A stretch of DNA of 64,000 nucleotides from Chloroflexota bacterium (lineage in GTDB: Bacteria > Chloroflexota > Limnocylindria > Limnocylindrales > CSP1-4), in contig DAHXON010000002.1 of NCBI GenBank assembly GCA_027364875.1, positions 25,192 through 89,191 of the forward strand, given 5' to 3'. Positions 1 through 11,131 of this stretch are shown piece by piece; position 1 is the first letter of the stretch; each line of letters starts with the position of its first letter. The notes below the pieces were generated by a model. The model ran no database searches. It worked only from the letters and a program-made list of their open reading frames with translations, and was not told the DNA's origin. Both the position numbers and the translations under genes were made by a program.

Positions 1-1086
1 CCGGCCCGGCTCGGCGAGACAGGCCTCGGGCTCCAGGAAGGCGTGCTCGATGGTCTGGGTGCGGAACGTGTCGGTGACCACGTGGGCGGCTCCCGCCAGG
101 GCCGCGTCGACGTCGCCGCGCCGCACGGTCGACCGCGAGAGCAGATTGCCGTCCGGGTGGATAGCCGGCGCACCCGGCTCGAGGGCGGCGAAGGGATCCG
201 TCACAGGCTCGAGGACCTCGTACTCCACGTCCACGAGCTCGGCGGCCATCCGAGCGGCTTTGCGGGAAGTGGCCGCGACGGCGGCCAGCACATCCCCGGA
301 GCAGCGGGTCGTCTCGCCCTCGGCCACCAGCTGCGGCCAGTCGGCCACTATCAGCCCCTGCTGCCGCCGGCCGGGGACGTCGCCTGCCGTGACTACGCGG
401 ACGACACCGGGGACGGAGGAGGCCCGCGACACGTCGATCTTCCTGACGCGGGCACGCGGATGGTCGGCCAGCCGCAGCGCCCCGTGGAGCATCCCCGGGA
501 CGACCATGTCTCCGACGAAGGGCCGCTCGCCCAGGGCGATCTCCCGTCCCTCGTAGCGCGCCGCCCGCGACCCCACGCCGCCGCGGCCCTCGGCGGGCAG
601 CCCGCCCGAACGCGCGCCGCCGGAAGGCTCTCCCCGCCTGGCCGCGGCCGCCGTCTCGATCGCCTCCACGATCCGGACGTAGCCGGTACAGCGGCAGAGA
701 TTCCCGGCCAGGGCGTGAGCGATCTCGTCTCGGCTCGGATTTGGCAGCCGCCGGATCAGCGCCTCGGCCTTCATGATCATGCCCGGGGTGCAGAAGCCGC
801 ATTGGACGGCCCCGGCCGCGACGAACGCGTCGGCCCAGGCTTCGCGAACCGCGGGCGCCAGCCCCTCGCGCGTCACGATGTCGCGGCCGGCCAGCCGATC
901 GGCCGGGTGGGTGCACGACACGACCGCATGGCCGTCGATCAGGATCGTGCACGCCCCGCACGACCCCTCGGGCGCGCAGCCTTCCTTCATCGAGCGCAGG
1001 CCCCGGCGGTCGCGGAAAAGCTCGAGAAGCGTTTCCCCCGGTTCGACTTCGACTTCGACCGGTTCGCCGTTCAGGGTGAAGCGCAT
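1..1086 (-). CDS. xanthine dehydrogenase/aldehyde oxidoreductase family protein, N-terminal [2Fe-2S] domains fused to molybdopterin-binding domain (3' end lies outside window)
   Basis: Absent from the ORF track because it runs off the window. Own translation of the minus strand from ATG 1086-1084: MRFTLNGEPVEVEVEPGETLLELFRDRRGLRSMKEGCAPEGSCGACTILIDG...VQCGFCTPGMIMKAEAL...GNLCRCTGYVRIVEAIE, then VPGMLHGALRLADHPRARVRKIDVS...VPGVVRVVTAGDVPG. The + ORF 43..1215 is its antisense shadow. Confidence 0.85.
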   Translation of the reverse strand, partial: MRFTLNGEPVEVEVEPGETLLELFRDRRGLRSMKEGCAPEGSCGACTILIDGHAVVSCTHPADRLAGRDIVTREGLAPAVREAWADAFVAAGAVQCGFCTPGMIMKAEALIRRLPNPSRDEIAHALAGNLCRCTGYVRIVEAIETAAAARRGEPSGGARSGGLPAEGRGGVGSRAARYEGREIALGERPFVGDMVVPGMLHGALRLADHPRARVRKIDVSRASSVPGVVRVVTAGDVPGRRQQGLIVADWPQLVAEGETTRCSGDVLAAVAATSRKAARMAAELVDVEYEVLEPVTDPFAALEPGAPAIHPDGNLLSRSTVRRGDVDAALAGAAHVVTDTFRTQTIEHAFLEPEACLAEPGR

Positions 1087-1188
1087 GACGGACGCTCCTC
1101 CGATTTCAGGCGGTCGCGGACCGTCGGGGTTGGGTTGGAGTGGCGAGAGGAGGCCGGGTCTGGCACCGGCGCGGAGGCGCGCCCGCGA

Positions 1189-1208
1189 CACGTCCAGCGC
1201 TGGACGTG
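1189..1208. promoter_or_regulatory. perfect 20-bp palindrome cacgtccagcgctggacgtg in a divergent intergenic region (candidate operator)
   Basis: Read directly; the sequence is its own reverse complement. It lies between the minus-strand XDH-family gene (start 1086) and the plus-strand PLP/carbamoyltransferase operon (start about 1436). Confidence 0.3.
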
Positions 1209-1435
1209 GGAGTAGTATCGACCCACTCAGTCGGCATGGTCTCGTCCAGAGCGGGTCGATGTGTATCCAGCCGGAACGGGGAGCATGAAACGATGTTGCT
1301 CCCGGGCAGGCTCCCCACGCAACCGGATTCTGTCCGCCCTGGCATTTCGAACGGCGTGTCTCTCCTTCGCCCACGCGTGCCTGTCTAGTGGCACTCCCAA
1401 GCGTCGCGTCCCGAAGACGATGAATGGAGCGGGTC

Positions 1436-2925
<1,490 letters not shown>

Positions 2926-2929
<4 letters not shown>

Positions 2930-4449
2930 AGGCCGAAACCCCGGCGGAGCCCGTGCTCGCGCGGGCCGAAGGCCGAGCCGCCTGGTTCGAGTGCTCGGGC
3001 TGCGGCCACCGACTCGCGCCCGGCGAGCCGGTACCGCTGCGTTGCCCCGCCTCCACCGAAGGCGACGACGTCGACCACGTGCTCGTCCGCATGCTCGACA
3101 CGGCCGCGCTCGCATTCCCGCGTGGTGACGAGCCGAGCCCGTTCGTGCGCCACCGGACCCTTTTCCATGCATGGCATGCGGCGCGCGGTCTCGGCTGGAG
3201 CGATGCCGACTACATCGCCCTGGTCGAACGGCTGGACGAGGCCGTGGCCGCCGTCGACGGGCACGGCTTCCGGGTCACGCCGTTCTTCCGCGCCGCAGAG
3301 CTGAGCGATCGCCTCGGCTTCTCGGGCGGGGGAGGGGTCTGGGTCAAGGACGAGACCGGAAACGTGTCGGGCTCACACAAGGCGCGCCACCTGATGGGGA
3401 CGCTGCTGGAGCTGGAAGTGGCCGAGGCCGCGCGCCGCGGCGCCGACGGAGGGGCGCCCGGCACCGGGGGTGTGGGCGGGCCCGGAGACGCGCCCGGCCC
3501 GGGAGGCGCGCCCGGCACCCCGCCGCCTTTCGCCGTGGCCAGCTGCGGCAACGCGGCGCTGGCCGCGGCGGTCGTGGCCCGAGCCGCCAACCGACCACTC
3601 GACGTCTTCATTCCCCCGGACGCGGACCCTGCCGTCGTGGCACGGCTGCGCGAACTCGGAGCCCGCCTCGAGGTCTGCGAGCGCAGGCCCGGGGTCGGCG
3701 GCGATCCCACCTACAACCGACTGCTCGCCGCAGTGGCGGAGGGCGCCCTGCCGTTCACCTGCCAGGGAAACCTGAACGGCTTCGCCGTCCAGGGAGGCGA
3801 GACGATGGGCTGGGAGATGGCCGCGGGGCTCGAGACCGGTGGGGCCCGGCTCGACCGGGTCTTCGTCCAGGTCGGCGGTGGCGCCCTCGCCGCCGCCGTG
3901 GGTGGCGGTCTCGCCGAGGCGCGGGCGCTGGGCGCGGCGGTGGGGCCCGGCCGCTTCCACGCGGTGCAGACACACGGTGCCCACCCGCTGGAACGCGCCT
4001 ACGAGCACGTGGCGGCGCGTGTTCGAGCCGGCGAAACGCCGGCCGCTGCCCTGGCCTATGCCGCGCGGCACCGGTCGGCTTTCATGTGGGCGTGGGAATC
4101 GGAGCCACAGAGCATCGCCCACGGGATCCTCGACGACGAGACCTACGACTGGCTGGCGGTGGTCCGGGCGATGCTCGAAACGGGCGGCTCGCCGGTCGTC
4201 GTGGACGAAGCGACTCTCGCCGAGGCCAACGACCTCGCCGTCTCGACCACCGGCATCGACGTCGATCACACTGGCTCGGCCGGCCTTGCCGGCCTGCTCG
4301 CGATGCAGCGGGACGGGGCCATCGATCCCGCCGAGACAGTCGCGGTGCTCTTCACCGGCGTGCGCCGCTCGGGCCACGCCGCCGGCGCAACCCCGTCCAC
4401 GGCCGCCGACGGCCCGTCATCAAGTCCGTCCAGGGAGGAGAGGTCATGA
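2926..4449 (+). CDS. PLP-dependent threonine-synthase-like enzyme (fold-type II) with Cys-rich N-terminus and a Gly/Pro-rich insert
   Basis: ORF 2926..4449. [16 protein letters not shown] (PLP-lysine region), [28 protein letters not shown]-terminal FECSGCGH...LRCP. Insert [30 protein letters not shown]. Confidence 0.75.
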
Positions 4450-5399
4450 GGAGCTTCATCGGTCGCGACATCCTCTCGCTCAAGGATTTCAGCCGCGACG
4501 AGTTCTTCCGGGTCTTCCAGGTCGCCGACGACCTGCGCCCGTTCGCCCGCGATCGCCGCAATACGGACCTGCTGAAGGAGAAGACGCTCCTGACCGCGTT
4601 CTACCAGCCCTCCACCCGCACGCGCCTGTCGACGGAAGCGGCGATGCACCGTCTCGGCGGGCACGTCCTGGGCTTCTCGGACTCGAAGATGACGCGGGCC
4701 GGCGACTTCTACCAGGAGTCGATCAAGGACACGTTCCACATGCTCGAGTACTACGCGGACGTGATCGCGATCCGCCACCACCAGCAGGGGGCGCCGCACG
4801 AGGCCGCGCGCTGGTCGTCCGTCCCGGTCATCAACTGCGGCGACGGCTGGGGCGAGCACCCCACCCAGGTCCTGACCGACCTCTACACGATCCTGCTCGA
4901 GAAGGGGACGCTCGACGGGCTGACGTTCGTCCTCGTCGGCGACATGCGGATGCGGACGATGCACTCGATGCTGTATTCGCTCTCGCAATTCGACTCGCGC
5001 GCGATTGTCGTCGGACCGCCGCAGATGTCGCTCCAGCCTGAGTTCAAGGCCGACCTGGACCTGATGAGCGTCGACTATCGCGAGGCCGGTGACGTTCGCG
5101 ACGTGATCGGCGAGGCGGATGTCATCTACATGGAGCCGGTCGTCCAGGCCGACTACACGCAGTCTCGCGTGGAGCGCGGCGCCGAGACCGGCAAGACCCC
5201 GCCGCAGTACCAGGTCACGCGCGAGCTGATCCGCGACAAGGGCAAGCGCAGCTCCATCGTGCTGCACTCGCTGCCGCGCATGGACGAGCTGACACCGGAC
5301 GTGGACGAGACGCGCCACCAGCGATACTGGGCCGAGGCTTTCAACGGCGTGGCCCTTCGCATGGCCCTGCTCTCGCTGGTTCTCGGCCGCGCCGAGTAG
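4446..5399 (+). CDS. aspartate-carbamoyltransferase-like catalytic chain (PyrB paralogue with altered second-substrate pocket)
   Basis: In-frame ATG at 4446 inside ORF 3171..5399, with an ATGA overlap on the upstream stop. [15 protein letters not shown]..., STRTR, HPTQ and HSLPR motifs. Aligns along its length to my recollection of E. coli PyrB, but MTRVQKER is replaced by MEPVVQAD. Confidence 0.85.
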   Translation: MRSFIGRDILSLKDFSRDEFFRVFQVADDLRPFARDRRNTDLLKEKTLLTAFYQPSTRTRLSTEAAMHRLGGHVLGFSDSKMTRAGDFYQESIKDTFHMLEYYADVIAIRHHQQGAPHEAARWSSVPVINCGDGWGEHPTQVLTDLYTILLEKGTLDGLTFVLVGDMRMRTMHSMLYSLSQFDSRAIVVGPPQMSLQPEFKADLDLMSVDYREAGDVRDVIGEADVIYMEPVVQADYTQSRVERGAETGKTPPQYQVTRELIRDKGKRSSIVLHSLPRMDELTPDVDETRHQRYWAEAFNGVALRMALLSLVLGRAE

Positions 5400-5417
5400 G
5401 ACGGGAAGGAGACTGCG

Positions 5418-6395
5418 ATGCAGACCGGCCTCCGCGGCCGCGACCTCATCTCACTCCAGGAGTGGAGCCTGGAGGAGGTCGAGACGATCCTCGAGGTCGC
5501 CGCCGAGCTCAAGCGCGACCGGGCCCTCGGCAAGCCTCATCCCTACCTTCGGGACAGAGTCCTGGCGATGCTGTTCTTCTTCTCGAGCACGCGCACGCGA
5601 GCCTCCTTCGAGGCCGGGATGGCCCAGCTCGGCGGCCACGCCCAGTTCATCGAGAGCCGCACCACGCAGATCGCCCACGGCGACACTGCCAAGGAGATCG
5701 GCGAGATCCTGGGCCGCTACAACGACGGAATCGCCATCCGCCACGTCACCTGGGGCGAGGGAAACAAATACATCCGCGAGGTCGCCTCGGCCAGCCGCGT
5801 CCCGGTTTTGAACATGCAATGCGACATGTTCCACCCCCACCAGATCCTCGCCGACCTGATGACCATGCGTGAGAAGAAGGGAGACCTGCGCGGGCTCACC
5901 ATAGACGTCAGCTGGGCCTACGCCTCGAGCTACCAGAAGCCGATCAGCGTTCCGCAGGACCTGGTCCTGGCCGCCACCCGAGCCGGGATGAACGTGCGCC
6001 TGGTCCATCCACCCGAGTACAGGCTCATGCCGGAGATCCTCGACCAAGCCGCCGAGAACGCGCGCAGGTCGGGCGGCAGCCTCGAGTCAATGGACGACTT
6101 CGACGCGGGCTTCCGCGGTGTCGACGTCGTCTACGCCAAGAGCTGGGGCCCGCTGCTGGTCGCCAAGAATGACGACGAGGGGGCATCGATCGGCCGCAAG
6201 TACACCGACTGGATCACCGACGCTCGCCGCATGGCAACGGCCGCGGACGATGCCATCTTCATGCATCCGCTCCCGGCCGACCGCAACATCGAGGTGGCCG
6301 ACGAGGTCATCGACGGCCCCAACTCGGTGGTCTACGATGAGGCGGAGAACCGCCTCCACGTCCAGAAGGCCGTCATGGCCCTGACGATGCGCTGA
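5418..6395 (+). CDS. ornithine/YgeW-type carbamoyltransferase-like protein (substrate unknown)
   Basis: ORF 5418..6395 with GAAGGAG upstream. FFSSTRTRASFE, HPHQILADL, HPLPA. The OTC ornithine motifs are not canonical (DxxxSMG becomes DVVYAKSWG; HCLP becomes HPLP). Confidence 0.8.
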   Translation: MQTGLRGRDLISLQEWSLEEVETILEVAAELKRDRALGKPHPYLRDRVLAMLFFFSSTRTRASFEAGMAQLGGHAQFIESRTTQIAHGDTAKEIGEILGRYNDGIAIRHVTWGEGNKYIREVASASRVPVLNMQCDMFHPHQILADLMTMREKKGDLRGLTIDVSWAYASSYQKPISVPQDLVLAATRAGMNVRLVHPPEYRLMPEILDQAAENARRSGGSLESMDDFDAGFRGVDVVYAKSWGPLLVAKNDDEGASIGRKYTDWITDARRMATAADDAIFMHPLPADRNIEVADEVIDGPNSVVYDEAENRLHVQKAVMALTMR

Positions 6396-6462
6396 GACAC
6401 ATCGCCCGGGAGGGACGCCTCCACAACCGAATAACACGGACCGCTTGCGCCGGAGGGACGAG

Positions 6463-7413
6463 ATGACAGGCCCCCTCATGGTGGTCGCGATCGGCGGCAA
6501 TGCGCTCATCCGCGACAGGCAGCACCAGACCGTCCCGGACCAGATGGCTGCGCTCGAGGAGACGAGCCACCACCTGTCCGCCCTCGTCGAGGACGGCTGG
6601 CGGGTCGTGATCGGCCACGGCAACGGGCCGCAGGTGGGGTTCATCCTGAGGCGGTCCGAGCTGTCCTCGAACGAGCTCCACGAGGTCCCGCTCGACGTCT
6701 GTGGGGCCGATACGCAGGGCGCGATTGGCTACGAGCTGCAGCAGGCCCTTGGGCACGACTTCTCGCGCCGGGGCCTCGATCGCCAGGCCGTCACGGTCGT
6801 GACCCAGGTGGAGGTGGATGCGGCGGACCCCGCCTTCAGCGCTCCCTCCAAGCCGATCGGATCGTTCCTCGACGACGCAACGGCTGAGAAGCGCCGCAGC
6901 GCCGGATGGACGGTCGTGGAGGATGCCGGCCGGGGGAAGCGGGTCGTGGTCGCGTCGCCCCTGCCGAAGCGGATCGTGGAGCTTCCCGCGGTCAGGGCGC
7001 TCGTGTCGGCCGGGTTCGTCGTGATAACCGTCGGCGGTGGCGGAATACCGGTGGTCGGGGACGCCCGCGGGATGCTGCACGGCATCGCGGCAGTGATCGA
7101 CAAGGACTATGCCAGCTCTCTGCTCGCCAGCGAGCTCGGCGCCGACCTCTTCGTCATCGCCACCGCGGTCGACAGGGTCGCTCTCGACTTCGGCAGGCCG
7201 GAACAGCGATGGGTCGACCGCCTCACGCTGGCGGAGGCGCGGGCCCGCCTCGCGGAGGGGACCCACTTCGCCGCCGGGAGCATGGCTCCCAAGATCGAGG
7301 CCTGCATCTGGTATCTGGAACGGGGTGGCCGCGAGGCCGTGATCACCGATTCCGAGCACCTGCGGGCAGCCGTCCACGGGGAGGCCGGCACGCATATCGT
7401 TCGCGAGGAGTGA
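6463..7413 (+). CDS. arcC: carbamate kinase
   Basis: ORF 6445..7413. A GGAGG 6 nt upstream favours ATG 6463. MTGPLMVVAIGGNAL...VIGHGNGPQVG...ITVGGGGIPV...AAVIDKDYASSLLA are typical of carbamate kinase. Confidence 0.9.
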   Translation: MTGPLMVVAIGGNALIRDRQHQTVPDQMAALEETSHHLSALVEDGWRVVIGHGNGPQVGFILRRSELSSNELHEVPLDVCGADTQGAIGYELQQALGHDFSRRGLDRQAVTVVTQVEVDAADPAFSAPSKPIGSFLDDATAEKRRSAGWTVVEDAGRGKRVVVASPLPKRIVELPAVRALVSAGFVVITVGGGGIPVVGDARGMLHGIAAVIDKDYASSLLASELGADLFVIATAVDRVALDFGRPEQRWVDRLTLAEARARLAEGTHFAAGSMAPKIEACIWYLERGGREAVITDSEHLRAAVHGEAGTHIVREE

Positions 7414-9686
7414 CTGCCCTGGATACGCACGCTCCGACTCGAATGGCTCGCACGGCACCCGAGGTGGACGCCCGCCCGGCCGGGACGATCGCCGACCCGG
7501 CGGCCGATGCCCGGTCCGTGCCGCGCGTCGACGCCGTGCCCAAGGTCCTGGGCCTGGCCCGCTTCACCGACGACCTCGTCGTCCCGGGGGCATGGCACGG
7601 CTGTACCGTCCGAGCCACCGTGCCGCACGCCCGCCTGCTCGGGATCGAGCGGGACCCCGGCTTCGATTGGAGCCGGGTGGTCGTCCTCACCGCCGCCGAC
7701 ATCCCGGGCGACAACGTGATCCACCTCATGGCGGACGATCAGCCCGTCCTCGCCGCCGACGAGATTCAGCACTTCGGTGAGCCGGTGGCGCTGGTCGCGG
7801 CCCCAACCCTCGCCCTGGCCCGGGCGGCGCGCGACCACATCCGGGTCCACGCCGACCCGCTGCCGCCGGTCCTCGACATGCTGGCCGCGGACCACATCTT
7901 CGCCTCCTACGCCATCGACCGCGGCGACGTCGAGGCCGGGTTCGCGCAGGCCGATCTCGTCGTCGAGGGGACGTACCGGACGGGCCACCAGGAACACATC
8001 TACCTGGAACCCCAGTCGATGATCGCCATCCCGCGGCCCGACGGTGGCGTGACCGTGCACGGGTCGCTGCAATGCCCTTACTACGTCCACGCCGCGCTGA
8101 AGCGGGCACTCAAGCTCGACGCCGATCGTTGCGTCGTGGTCCAGGAGGAGACGGGCGGGGCGTTCGGGGGCAAGGAGGAGTTCCCGTCCGGGCCCGCGAT
8201 CCACGCAGCCATGCTCGCGCTGGCCGTCGGGCGCCCGGTCCGGCTGATCTACGATCGCCGCGAAGACATCTCCGTATCAACCAAGCGCCATCCCTCGGTG
8301 ATCCGATACCGCACCGGGGTCACGCGCGACGGCCGCCTTGTCGCCCAGGACATCGACATCACGTTCGACGCCGGCGCCTACAAGACGCTCTCGGCGGTGG
8401 TGCTCTCGCGCGGCACGCTGCACTCCGGCGGGCCCTACGCCTGCCCGAACGTCCGCATCCGCTCGCGAGCGGTCCGGACCAACACCCCGCCCACCGGGGC
8501 GTTCCGGGGCTTCGGGGCCCCGCAGGCCGAGTTCGCCGCCGAGTTGCAGGCCGATCGCGTCGCCGAGAAGCTGGGCATCTCGCCCGTGGAGCTGCGCGAG
8601 CGCTGGGCGTATCGACTCGGAGACCGGACGCCGACCAACCAGGAGCTCCGCGAGAGCGTGTCCGCGCTCGACACGCTCCGGGCCGCCGCGCGGGCCGCCG
8701 ATTTCGAGGCTCAACGTCGGGTCTTCGCGGCGGCCCGATCGATCGACGGCGGACGGACGGTCCGGGGGATCGGGCTGGCGATGGGCTGGCACGGCGCGGG
8801 CTTCACCGGCGGCGGTGAGAAATACCTGGCCAGCGTCGCCGCGGTGGAGCTGACGGCCGAGGGCCGGATCCGGGTCCTCGTCGACTCGACCGAGATGGGC
8901 CAGGGGATGCGGACCGTCCTTGCCCAGATCGCGGCCCAGCGGCTCGGGATTCCTCTCGGAGAGGTCGAGGTCGCCCGGCAGGATACCTCGGTCGTCCCCA
9001 ACAGCGGGCCGACCGTCGCCTCCCGCACCACCATGGTGGTCGGCGGGCTGCTTGCCACCGCGGCCGATCGTCTCCGGGCGGCGGTCGAGGAACGTGCAGG
9101 CGGCCCCTTCCCCGCCACGTACTCCGCCGACGCGCGCGGCAACGGCGGCCTCCGGTTCGATGAACGGTTCGACGGATACCCCGACATCGTCTGGGACGAG
9201 ACCACCTACGTCGGCGACGCCTACCCGTGCTTCAGCTGGGCAGCCACCACCGCCGAAGTGGAGGTTGACCTCGACACTGGCGAGGTAGCGGTACGGCACG
9301 TGGTCTCGGCCGACGACTGCGGCACGGTCGTCAACCCGTTGATGGCCGCTGGACAGGTGGAGGGCGGCACTCTCCAGGGCGTCGGCTACGCGACCATCGA
9401 AGAGATGAAGGTCGAGGGCGGCCGGTTCGTCAACGACAGGCTCGCAACCTACCTGATCCCGACCGCGCAGGACGCCCCGAGGATCACCGCGGTGCTTCTC
9501 GAGAACCCGTTCTCGAACGCTCCGCACGGCGCCAAGGGCCTGGGCGAGCTACCGATGGACCTGGCCGCCCCGGCGGTCGTCGCCGCGATCGCCGATGCGA
9601 CCGGCGTCTGGATCGACGAGCTGCCGGCCACGCCCGAGCGAATACTGGCGGCCCTCGACGCCGACCGAGAGGAGGCCTCGACATGA
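7410..9686 (+). CDS. xanthine dehydrogenase family molybdopterin-binding subunit
   Basis: C-terminal 758 codons of ORF 6906..9686. Start is GTG 7410 (GTGA overlap with the kinase stop) or ATG 7443. PRVDAVPKVLGLARFTDD, IYLEPQS, ETGGAFGGKEEF, GLGELPM. Confidence 0.9.
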   Translation: MTALDTHAPTRMARTAPEVDARPAGTIADPAADARSVPRVDAVPKVLGLARFTDDLVVPGAWHGCTVRATVPHARLLGIERDPGFDWSRVVVLTAADIPGDNVIHLMADDQPVLAADEIQHFGEPVALVAAPTLALARAARDHIRVHADPLPPVLDMLAADHIFASYAIDRGDVEAGFAQADLVVEGTYRTGHQEHIYLEPQSMIAIPRPDGGVTVHGSLQCPYYVHAALKRALKLDADRCVVVQEETGGAFGGKEEFPSGPAIHAAMLALAVGRPVRLIYDRREDISVSTKRHPSVIRYRTGVTRDGRLVAQDIDITFDAGAYKTLSAVVLSRGTLHSGGPYACPNVRIRSRAVRTNTPPTGAFRGFGAPQAEFAAELQADRVAEKLGISPVELRERWAYRLGDRTPTNQELRESVSALDTLRAAARAADFEAQRRVFAAARSIDGGRTVRGIGLAMGWHGAGFTGGGEKYLASVAAVELTAEGRIRVLVDSTEMGQGMRTVLAQIAAQRLGIPLGEVEVARQDTSVVPNSGPTVASRTTMVVGGLLATAADRLRAAVEERAGGPFPATYSADARGNGGLRFDERFDGYPDIVWDETTYVGDAYPCFSWAATTAEVEVDLDTGEVAVRHVVSADDCGTVVNPLMAAGQVEGGTLQGVGYATIEEMKVEGGRFVNDRLATYLIPTAQDAPRITAVLLENPFSNAPHGAKGLGELPMDLAAPAVVAAIADATGVWIDELPATPERILAALDADREEAST

Positions 9687-11131
9687 CGCTCGTCGCCCCC
9701 GCCCGATCCACTCACCTGACCGTCAACGGGGCCGCGGTCGAGGTCGCCGTTCCCGGCGGCACGCGCCTGCTGGACGTGCTCCGCATCGAGCTGGGCTTGA
9801 CGGGCGCCAAGGAGGGCTGCGGCGAGGGTGAGTGCGGCGCGTGCACCGTGCTCCTCGACGGGCAGCCGGTGAATAGCTGCCTGGTCCCCGTTGGCCAGGT
9901 CGAGGGCCGGTCGATCACCACGGTCGAAGGGCTCGCCCGCGATGCGCGGCTCGATCCGGTCCAGGCTGCCTTCATCGATTCGGGCGGGGTCCAGTGCGGC
10001 ATATGCACGCCCGGGATCCTGATGTCGGCGCGCGCTTTCCTGGACGGTGGCGTTGAAGCTACGGACACCGCGGTCCGCGAAGCGATCGCGGGCAATCTTT
10101 GCCGCTGCACCGGCTACACGCGTGTCGTCGACGCCATCACGAACGCCGCCGCGAAGCGACCCCGCGAGATTGCGGGCGGTCAGCCGGCGGTTTCGCGCGA
10201 GATTGCGGCTTTGGGGATCCGTTCGGAGATCGAAGCCGGATCGGACGTGCGCGTTGGCGCCGCCCTGGTGCGACCGGGCACGCTCGCCGAGGCATACGCG
10301 CTGCTGGCCGACGGGGCGTGGCGACCGATCGCCGGCGGGACCGACGTCATGGTCGAGCTGGCCGGCGCCACTCACGCCGATGGGCAGCGGCTGCTGGATC
10401 TCACGGACATCGATGAACTGCGAGGCATCCGCGTCGAGCGTGGCTGCCTCGTGATCGGGGCGACGACGACGTTCGCCGAGATGCGCCGATCGCGTCTCGT
10501 GTCGGACCACCTTCCCGTCCTGGCGGAGGTGGCGGCGACCATCGGCGGCTTGCAGATCCAGAACCGCGGCACTCTGGGCGGGAACATCGCCAACGCCTCG
10601 CCGGCCGGCGATTCGCTCCCGGTTCTTCTCGCGACGGACGCCGAGATCGTTCTCGGGGGCCCGCGCGGCGAGCGAGCGGTTCCGGCGTCGGAGTTCTTCA
10701 CGGGTTACCGCGCCACTGGCCGAGGCGCCGGCGAGCTGATCGTCCGCGTCGAGATCCCGCTGCCGGCCGCCCGCCGGGTTCGTTTCCGCAAGGTTGGAAC
10801 GCGGCGCGCGCTGGCCATCTCGAAGGTGGTCATGGCGGTCTCGTGGCGGGAGGCGGAAGGTGCCGGAACTGCGCCCGATGCGGGCGCTCCGTCCGTGTGG
10901 CGCGACGTCCGGGTGGCCGTCGGCTCGGTCGCACCGGTCCCCATGCGGGCACGGGCGGCCGAGGCGATCCTCGAGGACGCCGTCCCAACCGCGCAGACTG
11001 CGGATCGGGCCGCGGCCGCGATAGCCGCGGAGATCGTTCCGATCGACGACGTTCGCTCCACGGAGGCGTACCGGCGCGCGGTCACGGCCCGGGTGCTCCG
11101 GCGGATCGTCCGGGACGCGGGCGGCTGGTGA
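9683..11131 (+). CDS. xanthine dehydrogenase [2Fe-2S] small subunit fused to FAD-binding (CO-dehydrogenase flavoprotein-like) subunit
   Basis: ORF 9683..11131 with an ATGA overlap. GCGEGECGACTVLLDG, QCGICTPG, CRCTGYTRVVDAI, then IAGGTDVMVEL and QNRGTLGGNIANASPAGD. Confidence 0.9.
   Translation: MTLVAPARSTHLTVNGAAVEVAVPGGTRLLDVLRIELGLTGAKEGCGEGECGACTVLLDGQPVNSCLVPVGQVEGRSITTVEGLARDARLDPVQAAFIDSGGVQCGICTPGILMSARAFLDGGVEATDTAVREAIAGNLCRCTGYTRVVDAITNAAAKRPREIAGGQPAVSREIAALGIRSEIEAGSDVRVGAALVRPGTLAEAYALLADGAWRPIAGGTDVMVELAGATHADGQRLLDLTDIDELRGIRVERGCLVIGATTTFAEMRRSRLVSDHLPVLAEVAATIGGLQIQNRGTLGGNIANASPAGDSLPVLLATDAEIVLGGPRGERAVPASEFFTGYRATGRGAGELIVRVEIPLPAARRVRFRKVGTRRALAISKVVMAVSWREAEGAGTAPDAGAPSVWRDVRVAVGSVAPVPMRARAAEAILEDAVPTAQTADRAAAAIAAEIVPIDDVRSTEAYRRAVTARVLRRIVRDAGGW

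Noticed and set aside
3171-4445. N-terminal 425 codons of ORF 3171..5399 (and similar upstream extensions of ORFs 6906..9686, 10843..12654, 25801..26844, 31094..32542, 37778..39253, 58752..60122 and 60979..62115).
   Set aside because: The extensions overlap the preceding well-supported gene in another frame and are Arg-rich nonsense. Recognisable homology begins at internal starts that form 4-nt overlaps or have Shine-Dalgarno sequences.
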